Assembly: GCF_053078305.1 (NCBI RefSeq)
Contig: NZ_CP166879.1
Direction: 5' to 3' (one strand)
Length of the DNA stretch: 64,000 nucleotides
The notes under the pieces are model-generated. The model saw nothing but the letters and a program-made list of their open reading frames with translations. It was not told where the DNA came from and ran no database searches. Made by a program: the position numbers and the translations under genes. This document shows, one piece after another, positions 38,060 to 51,561 of the stretch; the stretch's first letter is position 1; each line of letters starts with the position of its first letter.

Positions 38060-39220
38060 TTATTCAACAAAAATATGTGGATAAAACCGAGACATATCCT
38101 GGGTGATCAATGCACGGTCTTCACGAATGCCAATTCCGGCGGGTTGATCGTTCACCAGCCAGCTACCAATCAGCATATAGCTGTCGCCGAATTTCGGTAA
38201 CGGGTGGAATTGCTGAACAATCATCCCTTCTTCGCCATACGGACCTTCCGCTGCTTCAATGGTTTTGCCGTTCTCAATGATCGACACGTTTGCGCCTTCA
38301 CGGGAGAAGATCGGTTTAACCACATATTTTTCCATTTGCGGATGATCATCTTCCGCAAAATAAGCGGGCAGCAGGTTCGGGTGATTCGGGAACATCTCCC
38401 ACAGTAGCGGTAGAAGTGCCTTGTTGGAGATAATGCTCTTCCACGCCGGTTCCAGCCAGCGTACGCCTGCATCCTCCAGCTTGGTGGAAAACATCTCACG
38501 CAACATAAATTCCCACGGATACAGCTTGAACAGGTTGGAAATTACCTGATCCTGTAAATCCGTGAACTGACCTTTTTCACCTAACCCGATATCGTCAATG
38601 TAGAGGAACTCGGTAGCGATTTCAGCTTCCGTCGCGCAGTCCTGCAAATACTGAATGGTACCGCGATCTTCCACCGTGTCGCGACAGCAGGTGAGATGCA
38701 GCAACTGGAAGCCATACTGTTCACGCAGCTCAACGAAGCGATCGATCAGTTTTTCTTGCAGACTGTTAAACTGGTCGCTGCCCTCCGGCAAGTTACCGGC
38801 GTTAAGCTGATCTTCCAGCCAGATCCACTGAAAGAACGCCGCCTCGTATAGTGACGTTGGCGTATCGGCGTTATTTTCCAGAAGTTTAGGTTCGCCAGTG
38901 CCATCCCACGCCAGATCAAGACGCGAATAAAGCGATGGCTGGTGCGTCAGCCATGACTGGCGCACAAAACTCCAGGTGTGTTTTGGTATGCGGAATTTGG
39001 TCATCAGCTCATCGCTGGCGATCACTTTTTCCACCACTTTCAGGCACATCTGGTGCAGTTTGGCGGTGACTTCTTCCAGCTTTTCAACCTGGGCGAGGGT
39101 CAACTTGTAGTAAGCATCTTCACACCAGTACGGCTCGCCGTACATGGTGTGAAAATTGAAACCGTATTCGTGGGCTTTCTCACGCCAGTCCGGGCGCTCG
39201 GTAATACTGACTCTTTCCAT
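38060..39220 (-). CDS. ygiC: Glutathionylspermidine-synthase-like ATP-grasp protein
   Basis: 386-aa ORF downstream of ygiB. Confidence 0.92.
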   Translation of the reverse strand: MERVSITERPDWREKAHEYGFNFHTMYGEPYWCEDAYYKLTLAQVEKLEEVTAKLHQMCLKVVEKVIASDELMTKFRIPKHTWSFVRQSWLTHQPSLYSRLDLAWDGTGEPKLLENNADTPTSLYEAAFFQWIWLEDQLNAGNLPEGSDQFNSLQEKLIDRFVELREQYGFQLLHLTCCRDTVEDRGTIQYLQDCATEAEIATEFLYIDDIGLGEKGQFTDLQDQVISNLFKLYPWEFMLREMFSTKLEDAGVRWLEPAWKSIISNKALLPLLWEMFPNHPNLLPAYFAEDDHPQMEKYVVKPIFSREGANVSIIENGKTIEAAEGPYGEEGMIVQQFHPLPKFGDSYMLIGSWLVNDQPAGIGIREDRALITQDMSRFYPHIFVE

Positions 39221-39225
39221 CGGTA

Positions 39226-39897
39226 TCAGCCACCCATTGAACGAGAAGAGGTACCGGTTGCGCTACGCTGCATAGTGCTTTGTTTGGCAACAGATTCACC
39301 AAAACCGCCACGGGTAACGGTAGTGGTGGTCGCCGGTTTTGGTGCCATGGCTGTCTTCGGTACGGTCATGGTGCGGCCTGGCTGGGCTGCGCCATAGTTT
39401 TTACCCGTCGCGTCGGTATATTTACCGTAAGCCGGGCTGGCTGGGTTTTTCGAGGAGAACAGCGGCTGCTGTGCAAATCCCGCACCGCCGCCCATCAGAC
39501 GACCCATCATGTAACCGGCCATCAGCGGCATCCAGAAACTCCCGCTGGATTGCTGGGCCTGCGCCTGGTTTTCTGGTGCCATGCCAGCCTGGGCTGGTGC
39601 CTGCTGGCACTGACCTTCACCAAATTCAGCAACACAGTCTTCACGGGTGGCGTATTTCGGCGCAGTACGTTCGGCTTCTTTCAGCGCATTGTTGTACGCG
39701 GTGGTACATTCGGCGCTTTTGCCTGGGTTTGCAGCTGAACAGTCGTCAGCATTTTGATAGAGAGACACTGTTTCATCACTCTTTTCACAGCCAGCCAGCA
39801 TAAAAACAGTGGCAACTGCGAGAGCGACTGGTGTCAGATGGCGTGCGCTCCAGTTTTTGCGGAACGATGCGTGGCGTATGGATTTTGTCCGTTTCAT
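39226..39897 (-). CDS. ygiB: DUF1190 lipoprotein-like protein
   Basis: 223 aa from [37 protein letters not shown].... Confidence 0.9.
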
Positions 39898-40044
39898 TTT
39901 TGTCTTCCGGGACCAGTGGTAAATACCCATCAGAATAGAGGATGGCTGGTCGAAATTGAAGCGAGAAGGGGGAAGAATGCGGCAGATAACCCGTATCTTT
40001 ACGTTGCCTTACGTTCAGACGGGGCCGAAGCCCCGTCGTCGTCA

Positions 40045-41526
40045 TCAGTTACGGAAAGGGTTATGACCGTTACTGGTGGTAGTGCGTGCGGATGTTTGCT
40101 GAACGACGGGTGCAGGGCTATCAGGCGCATAACCATCAGCAATAGCATTCTGTTCCGGCGTTTGCGGGGCAACGTTTTCCGGATTAGTGGAAACCGGTTT
40201 GCTCAGCGCATTGTTCAGTGCCAGCAGATCCTGCTCGTTCAATGTACCCAGGGCTGACTTAATATTCAGCTGATTAATCAGGTAGTTATAACGCGCATTC
40301 GCCAGCTCTTGCTTGGCGTTGTACAGCGTGGTGGTCGCATCCAACACATCAACAATGGTACGCGTACCGACCGAGTAGCCCGCTTCCATCGCGTCTAATG
40401 AGCTTTGGGCGGAAACCACGGCTTGTTTGTAGGCGTTAATACTACTGATAGAAGCATTAATGTTGTTGAAGGAGGAACGTACGGTTTGCACGACGCTACG
40501 ATGCGCGCTTTCCAGTTGCTCGCTGGCACCAACAAAGTTGTACTGGGCCTGTTTCACCTGCGAGTTAACCATTCCGCCCTGATAAATCGGCAGCGAGAAG
40601 CTCAGGCCAACTTTGTTCTGGCCCATATTGCTATCGTCATACTGGGTACCAGCGGCACCACGGGTTTTCGAACCGCTATAAGAGGTGTCAGAAATCCCGG
40701 TAGAAGCCGTTAAATCCAGAGTCGGTAAGTGACCATCCTGCGCCTGGCGAATTTGCTCGCGCGCCAGGTCCTGGCTCAAGCGTGCCTGTAACAGCGACAG
40801 GTTGCGTTTTTCGGCTTCTTTCAGCAGCGCGTTAACCGGCTGTGGTTTGTCGGTTTTAAAGTTTTCGACATTCAGCGCCGCCAGTTCCGGATAGTAGTTA
40901 CCGGTGATCTGGCGCAGCTGCTCTACCGCGTTATCAAGGTTATTACGTGCGGTCACTTCGTTCGCCAGCACGGTATCGTACTGCGCGCGGGCGTTCTGCA
41001 CGTCGGTGATCGCTACCAGGCCCACGTTAAAACGTTGGGTGGTTTGATCTAATTGACGGTAGATCGCTTCTTTTTGCGCCTGTGTATAGGAAAGAACGTC
41101 AATAGCATTCAACACGTTGAAATAAGCGGTCGCGGTGTTGAGGATCAAGGTTTGCTGATCGGTCTGATACGTGACGTCCTGAATCCCTGCTGCTTTTTCC
41201 TGCAGCGTTAACGCACGCCATTTCGACATATCAAAAATGGATTGAGTTAACTGCAGGGACGCACTGGTCGCGTTAGAGTTGATGCCGTTCGCGTCGCGGT
41301 AGCCGTTGCTATAGGTGTAATCTGCACCTAAACCAAGCTGTGGCAGTAATGGACTGCGCGCTTCATTAATTTTTTCAAAGGCAGCATCACGATCGGCGGC
41401 AGACTTACGCAATTCCGGGTTACTAAGGCGTGCTTGCTGATAAACTTGCATCAGGTTCTCGGCCTGGCTCAACGAACTGAACCCAGAAAGGCTCAGGCCG
41501 ATAAGAATGGGGAGCAATTTCTTCAT
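40045..41526 (-). CDS. tolC: Outer membrane efflux channel TolC
   Basis: 493 aa from MKKLLPILIGLSLSGFSSLSQAENLMQVYQQA.... Confidence 0.98.
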   Translation of the reverse strand: MKKLLPILIGLSLSGFSSLSQAENLMQVYQQARLSNPELRKSAADRDAAFEKINEARSPLLPQLGLGADYTYSNGYRDANGINSNATSASLQLTQSIFDMSKWRALTLQEKAAGIQDVTYQTDQQTLILNTATAYFNVLNAIDVLSYTQAQKEAIYRQLDQTTQRFNVGLVAITDVQNARAQYDTVLANEVTARNNLDNAVEQLRQITGNYYPELAALNVENFKTDKPQPVNALLKEAEKRNLSLLQARLSQDLAREQIRQAQDGHLPTLDLTASTGISDTSYSGSKTRGAAGTQYDDSNMGQNKVGLSFSLPIYQGGMVNSQVKQAQYNFVGASEQLESAHRSVVQTVRSSFNNINASISSINAYKQAVVSAQSSLDAMEAGYSVGTRTIVDVLDATTTLYNAKQELANARYNYLINQLNIKSALGTLNEQDLLALNNALSKPVSTNPENVAPQTPEQNAIADGYAPDSPAPVVQQTSARTTTSNGHNPFRN

Positions 41527-41730
41527 TTGCATTCCTTGTGGTGAAGCAGTATTTAGCGCGATCAAACTGTAAAATTATTGCGGATTCTAGCAGAAGCCGC
41601 TACCGCAAAAGGTTGGCGTTACGTGCCATAGGGCGTTAATGTGCCTCAATTTAACACATGACTGCTCAAACGGCAGTCAAACGTCGCTGAAATTCACATT
41701 TAATTCACTATTAGTGCCAGGACATTAACA

Positions 41731-42360
41731 ATGCTTAAGCCAGACAACCTGCCCGTTACATTTGGCAAAAACGATGTAGAAATTATTGCACGAGAAACAC
41801 TTTATCGCGGCTTTTTTTCATTAGATCTTTATAGATTTCGTCATCGTCTATTCAACGGGCAAATGAGTCATGAGGTACGGCGGGAAATTTTTGAGCGCGG
41901 TCACGCCGCAGTCTTGCTACCCTTTGACCCAGTGCGTGATGAAGTTGTGCTGATTGAGCAGATTCGAATTGCCGCGTACGACACTAGCGAAACCCCCTGG
42001 CTACTGGAGATGGTTGCCGGGATGATTGAAGAGGGTGAAAGTGTGGAAGATGTTGCCCGTCGCGAAGCGATTGAAGAGGCGGGGCTGATAGTCAAACGGA
42101 CCAAACCGGTGTTAAGTTTCCTGGCAAGCCCGGGGGGCACCAGTGAGCGTTCGTCAATTATGGTGGGCGAAGTGGACGCCACGACCGCAAGCGGTATTCA
42201 CGGTCTGGCTGATGAAAACGAAGATATTCGCGTTCATGTGGTAAGCCGGGAACAGGCATACCAGTGGGTAGAAGAGGGGAAAATCGACAACGCAGCGTCG
42301 GTCATCGCTTTGCAATGGCTGCAGCTGCATCATCAAGCGTTAAAAAATGAGTGGGCATAA
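41731..42360 (+). CDS. nudF: ADP-ribose pyrophosphatase (Nudix)
   Basis: 209-aa ORF with Nudix box [22 protein letters not shown]. Confidence 0.95.
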
Positions 42361-42783
42361 ATGAAGCGTTACACACCTGACTTTCCTGAAATGATGCGCC
42401 TGTGCGAGATGAACTTTTCACAATTGCGCCGTTTGTTACCGCGCAATGACGCACCCGGCGAAACTGTAAGCTATCAGGTGGCAAACGCACAATATCGGCT
42501 GACGATTGTGGAATCGACCCGATACACTACCCTGGTGACAATAGAACAGACTGCGCCCGCGATCAGTTACTGGAGCCTTCCGTCAATGACGGTGCGTCTG
42601 TATCATGACGCGATGGTGGCTGAAGTGTGTTCAAGCCAGCAGATTTTTCGCTTCAAAGCGCGGTATGATTATCCTAATAAAAAGTTGCATCAACGCGACG
42701 AAAAGCATCAAATTAACCAGTTTTTAGCGGACTGGTTGCGATACTGTTTAGCACATGGAGCGATGGCGATTCCGGTTTACTAG
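42361..42783 (+). CDS. yqiB: DUF1249 protein YqiB
   Basis: 140-aa ORF starting immediately after the nudF stop. Confidence 0.9.
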
Positions 42784-42807
42784 CGTCGTGAAACCTAAGG
42801 ACACCAT

Positions 42808-43635
42808 TTGGAAAGCCTGTTAACCCTTCCTCTGGCTGGTGAGGCCAGAGTCAGGATTTTACAAATTACCGATACTCACCTGTTTGCACAAAAGCACGAA
42901 GCCCTCTTAGGGGTAAACACCTGGGAAAGCTACCAGGCGGTGCTGGAGGCGATTCGTCCACACCAGCACGAATTCGACCTGATTGTCGCGACAGGTGATT
43001 TAGCGCAGGATCAATCCTCTGCGGCCTATCAGCATTTCGCTGAAGGCATCGCAAGTTTTCGTGCGCCCTGCGTCTGGCTGCCGGGCAACCACGATTTCCA
43101 GCCCGCGATGTACAGCGCGTTACAGGATGCGGGTATCTCCCCGGCGAAGCGGGTGTTTATTGGTGAGCAATGGCAAATCCTGTTGCTGGATAGCCAGGTG
43201 TTTGGCGTGCCGCACGGTGAGCTAAGCGAGTTTCAGCTTGAGTGGCTGGAACGTAAACTGGCTGATGCGCCAGAGCGCCATACGTTGCTGCTGCTGCATC
43301 ATCATCCGCTACCTGCGGGTTGTAGTTGGCTTGATCAACACAGCCTGCGTAACGCGGGCGAACTGGATACCGTGCTGGCGAAGTTTCCGCACGTCAAATA
43401 CTTGCTGTGCGGTCATATTCATCAGGAGCTGGATCTCGACTGGAACGGTCGCCGCCTGCTGGCAACGCCGTCGACCTGTGTGCAGTTTAAGCCGCACTGT
43501 TCCAACTTTACGCTGGATACTATCGCGCCCGGCTGGCGTACTCTCGAGTTACATGCTGATGGCACGCTGACCACCGAGGTGCATCGCCTGGCGGACACAC
43601 GTTTCCAACCTGATACCGCTTCAGAAGGCTACTGA
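42808..43635 (+). CDS. cpdA: 3',5'-cyclic-AMP phosphodiesterase
   Basis: 275-aa ORF with a TTG start. Metallophosphoesterase motifs DTH, GD and GNHD. Confidence 0.93.
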   Translation: MESLLTLPLAGEARVRILQITDTHLFAQKHEALLGVNTWESYQAVLEAIRPHQHEFDLIVATGDLAQDQSSAAYQHFAEGIASFRAPCVWLPGNHDFQPAMYSALQDAGISPAKRVFIGEQWQILLLDSQVFGVPHGELSEFQLEWLERKLADAPERHTLLLLHHHPLPAGCSWLDQHSLRNAGELDTVLAKFPHVKYLLCGHIHQELDLDWNGRRLLATPSTCVQFKPHCSNFTLDTIAPGWRTLELHADGTLTTEVHRLADTRFQPDTASEGY

Positions 43636-44216
43636 TGTCTACGCTTCTTTATTTACACGGTTTCAACAGCTCGCCGCGCTCTGCAAAAGCGAGCTTGTTA
43701 AAAAACTGGCTGGCGGAACATCACCCTGACGTTGAGATGATCATTCCGCAGTTGCCGCCGTATCCTTCCGACGCGGCAGAGCTGCTGGAATCCATTGTCC
43801 TAGAACATGGCGGCGATTCGCTGGGTATTGTCGGTTCGTCACTGGGGGGATATTACGCCACCTGGTTGTCACAATGTTTTATGCTGCCCGCAGTGGTGGT
43901 AAACCCGGCGGTGCGCCCGTTTGAACTGCTGACGGACTATCTCGGTCAGAACGAGAACCCCTACACCGGGCAGCAATATGTGCTAGAGTCACGCCATATT
44001 TACGATCTTAAAGTCATGCAGATTGACCCGCTGGAAGCGCCGGATTTGATCTGGCTGCTGCAACAGACGGGAGATGAAGTGCTGGATTACCGCCAGGCGG
44101 TGGCGTACTACGCTTCCTGCCGCCAGACTGTCATAGAAGGCGGCAACCACGCATTCACGGGCTTCGAAGATTATTTCAACCCGATCGTCGATTTTCTTGG
44201 TCTGCACCATCTCTGA
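43635..44216 (+). CDS. yqiA: Esterase YqiA
   Basis: 193-aa alpha/beta hydrolase ORF (GSSLGG). Confidence 0.92.
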   Translation: MSTLLYLHGFNSSPRSAKASLLKNWLAEHHPDVEMIIPQLPPYPSDAAELLESIVLEHGGDSLGIVGSSLGGYYATWLSQCFMLPAVVVNPAVRPFELLTDYLGQNENPYTGQQYVLESRHIYDLKVMQIDPLEAPDLIWLLQQTGDEVLDYRQAVAYYASCRQTVIEGGNHAFTGFEDYFNPIVDFLGLHHL

Positions 44217-44241
44217 CGATCAACTCGAATTGCTAACTTAA

Positions 44242-46137
<1,896 letters not shown>

Positions 46138-46165
46138 TAATCCTCCCGCCAGAAGAATAAAACAT

Positions 46166-46198
46166 AGCCCGGTATACAAGTGTATACCGGGCTTTTTT
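46166..46198. terminator. Bidirectional terminator between parE and the TonB-dependent receptor gene
   Basis: agcccggtataca-ag-tgtataccgggct followed by tttttt. Confidence 0.8.
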
Positions 46199-46200
46199 GA

Positions 46201-48342
46201 TCAAAATTCCATTTTCACCGTGAATTGCACTTCACGCGGATCGCCAATCTGATTCCCCAGATTATTTGTGGCGATGGAAGAGGTGTAATACGTTTTATCA
46301 AACAGGTTTTTGACGTTTAATTGCAGTGTGACCGGATACTGCAATTTCATTTTGTATGCGGCGAAGGCATCGGCAACGAAATAGCCTGGCAGATAATAGT
46401 CAGCCCCATTGGTTGCCGAACGACGGCTTACGCCATGTCCACCACCGCCAAACGTCAGTGTGTTATTGCCAGGCATGTTATGAATGTCATAGGTCAGGAA
46501 TAGCGAACCGGTATGACGAGGAACATTCGGCAATGGTTTCCCTGCATAATCAGGATCTTCCAGAACCTTAGCATCGGTATAGCCGTAGCTGGCAATGATA
46601 TTAATGTTTTCAGTTAATGCTCCCGCAAGGTCGACTTCTACCCCTCTTGAACGAACGCGGCCTGCCGTTTTGGCGATGGTTTCATCACCAATACTTTCGG
46701 TATACAACACGTTACGTTTATGGATATCAAACAGCGCAATATCTGCGGTTATACCATCGAACAGCTCGAATTTTGCCCCGACTTCGTAAGCATTAGATGA
46801 TTCCGGTGGAAGATCTCCGATGTAGCTGGCAATTGACGATTGCGGCATAAATGTTTGCGAATAATTAGCAAATAAGGATACCGATGGCGTCAGTTTGTAG
46901 ACTAACCCCAGTTTGGGCGTCCATTGTTCATCGCGGCTGTCAGTATTGACATTAAAAGGACGGCCTTTACCCGCATACTGCGTGTAATACTGATAGCGGA
47001 TCCCGGCGACGGCAATCCAGTTATCGGTCAGATAGAGCGCATCCTGTGCATAAGCTGAGTAGCTCTCCTGTTTGATCGTCTGATCACTGTCCGACGCCGA
47101 AACCGTTGTGCATTTGCTGGTATTGCCATAAACGGGGTTGTAGATATTGAAATCTTTAGCGTTTTTACAGCGAATCATATCTGTGCGCAGAAGATCATAA
47201 TATTCATATGACACCCCACCCAGAATCTCATTATAGAACCCAGCAATATCAACATTCCCTTGCAGATCCGCACGAGTAGAATGCATACGCTGGGTAGATC
47301 CCTGAGTTGCATCAACACGCCGTGTCAGCGTTCCTGTCGTTGCATCATACGCGGTAACGCGAGCCTGATTGTCGCTGTATTTATCCTGGCTGTAGCTGTA
47401 ATCAAAGCGCGCTGTCCACTGGCTATTGAGATGATATTCTGCGTTGAGTTGCGCCAGATCGGACTGACCATCTGTAATATTAAACGGTTCGTCAAAACGT
47501 ATTTTTCGATCAACGTTTACGGGCTGTTTCGTCGTAAGGTCGAAAATCGTTCCACGATCGAACGGAGTTTTATAGTCCCGATGGGAATAGAGCATGGTTA
47601 CTGTTGCATTATCACCAAACCAGGTGAGTGACGGGGCAATAAATGTACTGCGCTCTTTACCGAAGTTTCGCCAGTAATCTTCATCCTGCACTTCCCCCGT
47701 CAGGCGGTATGCCAGCTGAGTGCCTTCAATGGGACCTGTGATATCAAGTTGCCCAGTGCCTCCGCCAAAACTGGAGGACGTGGCTGAGACAGAACCATGG
47801 AATGTTTTTTCCGGGCGCTTGGTCACGACGTTAATCAATCCACCAGGATCGAGAATGCCATACAGCGTGGAGGCCGGACCTTTTAGCACTTCCACACGTT
47901 CTGTGGCGGCGTTGAAACTGCGAGGAAGTACAGTTCGCAGGCCGTTGGTCATGATGGAGCCATCCCGGTTAGCACCAAACCCACGACGTACAAAGGCGTC
48001 CTGAGTTCCGCCTAATGTATTGGTCTGTACCACGTTACTGACGTTATAAAGCGCTTCATCCAGCGTCGTTGCATTCTGATTTTCCAGAACCTGATCGCTA
48101 ACCGTATTGACCACCTGCGGGATATCCAGCATCGGCATATCGGTTAATGTCGCCGTGGAAGTGCTCAGAGGTTGATAACCATCGGTCGCCTCAGTTGCGG
48201 TATTTGCATCCGCTGTAACAGTGATTGTTTCGCCATCTTTGGTCGTTGCAGTGTCGGTTGCATGAATCATTGGTGCTGCAAAGAGCAGTGAAAAGAGCGC
48301 CCGACCTTTGATTCCTGAGAATGAAGGTGTGAACTTAGCCAT
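46201..48342 (-). CDS. TonB-dependent siderophore receptor (fit-like cluster)
   Basis: 713-aa ORF with a signal peptide, TonB-box-like ETITVTA and a C-terminal ...FTVKMEF aromatic terminus. Confidence 0.9.
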   Translation of the reverse strand: MAKFTPSFSGIKGRALFSLLFAAPMIHATDTATTKDGETITVTADANTATEATDGYQPLSTSTATLTDMPMLDIPQVVNTVSDQVLENQNATTLDEALYNVSNVVQTNTLGGTQDAFVRRGFGANRDGSIMTNGLRTVLPRSFNAATERVEVLKGPASTLYGILDPGGLINVVTKRPEKTFHGSVSATSSSFGGGTGQLDITGPIEGTQLAYRLTGEVQDEDYWRNFGKERSTFIAPSLTWFGDNATVTMLYSHRDYKTPFDRGTIFDLTTKQPVNVDRKIRFDEPFNITDGQSDLAQLNAEYHLNSQWTARFDYSYSQDKYSDNQARVTAYDATTGTLTRRVDATQGSTQRMHSTRADLQGNVDIAGFYNEILGGVSYEYYDLLRTDMIRCKNAKDFNIYNPVYGNTSKCTTVSASDSDQTIKQESYSAYAQDALYLTDNWIAVAGIRYQYYTQYAGKGRPFNVNTDSRDEQWTPKLGLVYKLTPSVSLFANYSQTFMPQSSIASYIGDLPPESSNAYEVGAKFELFDGITADIALFDIHKRNVLYTESIGDETIAKTAGRVRSRGVEVDLAGALTENINIIASYGYTDAKVLEDPDYAGKPLPNVPRHTGSLFLTYDIHNMPGNNTLTFGGGGHGVSRRSATNGADYYLPGYFVADAFAAYKMKLQYPVTLQLNVKNLFDKTYYTSSIATNNLGNQIGDPREVQFTVKMEF

Positions 48343-48440
48343 TTAGTCTGTTATCCCAAAAACTCACGGATTGTCGTGAGTGAAAATTGTTTCTTGTTGC
48401 TCACTAAGCACTATCCGTTTGTTATTTCACCATCGGATAT

Positions 48441-48460
48441 GTAATTGAGAATCATTCAAC
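48441..48460. promoter_or_regulatory. Fur box-like site in the divergent receptor/ABC promoter region
   Basis: gtaattgagaatcattcaac resembles GATAATGATAATCATTATC. Confidence 0.45.
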
Positions 48461-48664
48461 CATGCGGTAATGTAGTAGTAAATGAGAAATAACAAAAAAT
48501 TGCTACATGTGTTTTTTTGAGAGGTTAATGCAATTCAATTGATGGTAATTTATTAATATTTAATGATTTTATTTTTATCTTTAAAAATATTTCACCTGTT
48601 ATTTACCTTGTTTTTGTATGGCTTTTAACTTCTTGACTACTACATTTTGTGGCGTCAAACTCTC

Positions 48665-48684
48665 AAAAGAGAATGAGTTTTATT
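48665..48684. promoter_or_regulatory. Second Fur box-like site
   Basis: aaagagaatgagttttattt lies just upstream of the ABC ATPase start. Confidence 0.35.
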
Positions 48685-48715
48685 TTTGTTTGTCTTTGAT
48701 TAAGTTGGCGTACAC

Positions 48716-49525
48716 GTGGCACATAACGCAAAAGGGCAGGGGCTGATCCTCGACAATGTTTCTGCCGGGTATCACAAGAAAATCATTGTTGATGGTGTTT
48801 CTTTCTCCGTTCCCACAGAAAAAATGACCGTTCTGGTTGGGGCAAACGGCTGTGGAAAGTCGACGTTGCTCAGCACCATTGCACGTATCTTGCAACCCAT
48901 GGGCGGCTCAATATTGCTGGATGGTAAAGCGATTCACGAGCAACCAACGAAAGCGTTATCCCGTAGACTTGGGATCTTGCCGCAGTCGCCATTATTGCCG
49001 GAGGGCTTAACCGTTTATGAACTGGTGTCGCGTGGGCGTTTTCCCTGGCAAAATTTCATACGTCAATGGAGCGACGCCGACGAGCAGGCGGTAGAAGAGG
49101 CCCTGAAATTAACCGGTACGCAGGAGTTTGCTCATTTACCTGTTGAAAAACTCTCTGGTGGGCAGCGCCAGCGTTGCTGGATTGCGATGGTGTTGGCGCA
49201 AAAGACGCCTTATATCCTACTGGATGAACCCACAACCTGGCTTGATTTACGTTATCAGGTTGAAATTCTTGAGTTATTACATGATTTAACGCGTCATCAC
49301 GGGCGTACAGTCGTCGTGGTGTTGCATGATCTGAATTTTGCCGTCAATTATGGTGATACGTTGATATTTTTACGCCAGGGGAAAGTGGTGCGTGTGTTGA
49401 ATGAGGGGGAGCATTGCACGCCTGAGCTGGTAAAAGCTGTCTTTGACGTTGATGTTCACGCATCAATAAATACTCTGACGGGAAAGCCGTTCTTCATGCC
49501 GTTTCGTGGTGTAGAAAAAGTATGA
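48716..49525 (+). CDS. Iron-siderophore ABC transporter ATP-binding protein
   Basis: 269-aa ORF (GTG start). Walker A GANGCGKST, signature LSGGQRQR, Walker B ILLDEP. Confidence 0.9.
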   Translation: MAHNAKGQGLILDNVSAGYHKKIIVDGVSFSVPTEKMTVLVGANGCGKSTLLSTIARILQPMGGSILLDGKAIHEQPTKALSRRLGILPQSPLLPEGLTVYELVSRGRFPWQNFIRQWSDADEQAVEEALKLTGTQEFAHLPVEKLSGGQRQRCWIAMVLAQKTPYILLDEPTTWLDLRYQVEILELLHDLTRHHGRTVVVVLHDLNFAVNYGDTLIFLRQGKVVRVLNEGEHCTPELVKAVFDVDVHASINTLTGKPFFMPFRGVEKV

Positions 49526-50505
49526 TGCGCACAGGGCTGGTTACTGTAATTTTCCTCACCTTACTGCTGGTGGGATGCGTGGTATATCCAGGGATTGGTG
49601 CCCGATTTATTGCACCACAAACGGTGTTGCAGGCATTTCTTCATTTTGATCCGCAAAACTTCGATCACAGCGTAATTGTAAGACTCCGTTTGCCGCGTTT
49701 AGCGGCAGCATTGCTTACCGGTGCTTCTCTTGGTGTTGCCGGTGCTTTGTTGCAGGCTGTCATTCGTAACCCATTGGGGGAGCCACATATTTTAGGCTTA
49801 AATGCCGGAGCCGCTCTTGCTGTCGTTGCCGCCAGTGCGCTTGGACTGGCCTTTCCGGCTGGACGCCCACTGCTGGCATCTACGGGGGGCGCGTTATTGT
49901 TCCTGTTGATATTGCTGCTTTCCTCCGCAGGGCGTTCAGGGTTAACGCCAATGAAAGTTACTTTATGCGGCGTGGCGCTATCGGCGTTCGTGTCCTCAAT
50001 AACGGCTGCAATCCTGATTCTTGACGAACAAACACTGCTGGCGATGCGGACATGGCTAGCAGGTGATTTAGCGGGGCAGGATTGGGTGACGCTGGGTACG
50101 TCCGTCTGGTTTTCTCTGGGGGGATTTGTGTTAGCCATTTACCTTGCGCCCTCTCTTAACATGTTGGCACTGGGTGATCGCATGGCGCAGGGGCTGGGCG
50201 TCTCGGTACTCCGCACGCGAACATTCACCCTGCTTGCGATCGCGTTGCTCTGTGGCGCAGCCGTATCGATTGCTGGCCCCATTGGTTTTGTCGGCCTGCT
50301 AGTACCGCAGATTGTCCGGCGTCTGGTATCAGCGGATCTGCGCGTTCTGCTCCCTCTTTCAGCTTGTGTCGGCGCGCTTTTGTTATTACTGGCAGATATT
50401 ATTGCTCGGACGCTCTTCACGCCCCATGAGTTAGCGACCGGTGTCATGACGGCGTTAGTTGGTGCGCCTGTTTTTGTCATTATGGCGACGAGGATGTTCA
50501 AATGA
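49522..50505 (+). CDS. FecCD-family iron-siderophore ABC permease
   Basis: 327-aa polytopic ORF. Its start overlaps the ATPase stop. Confidence 0.9.
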   Translation: MMRTGLVTVIFLTLLLVGCVVYPGIGARFIAPQTVLQAFLHFDPQNFDHSVIVRLRLPRLAAALLTGASLGVAGALLQAVIRNPLGEPHILGLNAGAALAVVAASALGLAFPAGRPLLASTGGALLFLLILLLSSAGRSGLTPMKVTLCGVALSAFVSSITAAILILDEQTLLAMRTWLAGDLAGQDWVTLGTSVWFSLGGFVLAIYLAPSLNMLALGDRMAQGLGVSVLRTRTFTLLAIALLCGAAVSIAGPIGFVGLLVPQIVRRLVSADLRVLLPLSACVGALLLLLADIIARTLFTPHELATGVMTALVGAPVFVIMATRMFK

Positions 50506-51551
50506 GTCGGATAATGAACGTCGGGCTACGCCCACTACGTGTTGGTAAGTTTTCGACACTGGTACGCCCTAAAAATCTGGTGTTGCTTGGTGGGCTGTTT
50601 CTGTTTGCGGTTGGAATACTGATATTCGGTCTGATGCATGGTTCTTTTTCTGTCCCGGCATCGGAAGTAGGACGAGCGTTGTTTGCTCCAGAAAACGTAA
50701 GCACAGACGCACGTTATATTGTGCAGGATATTCGCTTGCCGAGAGTCATCATGGCATTGCTATGCGGAGCCATGTTAGGTATGGCGGGGGCCGCGATGCA
50801 ATCCATTGCGCGTAACGGCCTTGCCGATCCTGGTTTAATCGGCGTCAAAGAAGGATGTAGCGTGGCGGTGCTGTGGCTGATTTTCCAGTTTCCAATGCTG
50901 GGAATGTTCTGGCGTCCAGTGGCTGGTCTTGCTGGTGGCTTGTTGGTGGCTTTAATCGTGATTTTTTGTGCACGCGATATTTCCCGCCCGCGATTTGTTC
51001 TGATTGGTATTGGTGTTTCCTGGTTTTTCGCCGCCGGTATCGGTGTATTTATGACCACTGCAGATGTTCGAGATGTACAAACTGCATTGATGTGGTTATC
51101 GGGAAGCCTGCATGCAGCTAACTGGATGTTAGTCGGTATTTCAGCCTGTTGGATGTTGCCAGCCACTCTTTTATTGCTGTTCACCGCCAGGACGGCGGAT
51201 ATCGCTCTGCTTGGTCATCAGGTTGCAACCGGGTTAGGGGTGAATAGTTCTCGTCTGGCGTTGTTACGTGTCGCCGCACCAATAATCCTGACAGCCGTCT
51301 GCGTTTCGTGTGTTGGTAACATCGGTTTTGTCGGATTGATAGCACCCCATATATCACGTTTTATTCTACGTGGCGGGCAGACGACATTACTGCTGGGGAG
51401 CGCCGTATCGGGGGCGTTGTTAGTCATCCTGGCGGATAGCATTGGTCGTTTGGCTTTTTTGCCTTTGCAACTGCCTGCCGGAATCATTATTTCATTGATT
51501 GGTGGACCATTCTTTTTGCTACTGCTCTGGCAGTGCAGGAACAGTTTTTAA
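50502..51551 (+). CDS. FecCD-family iron-siderophore ABC permease (second subunit)
   Basis: 349-aa polytopic ORF, paralogous to the preceding permease. Confidence 0.9.
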   Translation: MSRIMNVGLRPLRVGKFSTLVRPKNLVLLGGLFLFAVGILIFGLMHGSFSVPASEVGRALFAPENVSTDARYIVQDIRLPRVIMALLCGAMLGMAGAAMQSIARNGLADPGLIGVKEGCSVAVLWLIFQFPMLGMFWRPVAGLAGGLLVALIVIFCARDISRPRFVLIGIGVSWFFAAGIGVFMTTADVRDVQTALMWLSGSLHAANWMLVGISACWMLPATLLLLFTARTADIALLGHQVATGLGVNSSRLALLRVAAPIILTAVCVSCVGNIGFVGLIAPHISRFILRGGQTTLLLGSAVSGALLVILADSIGRLAFLPLQLPAGIIISLIGGPFFLLLLWQCRNSF

Positions 51552-51561
51552 TGGGAGTTAT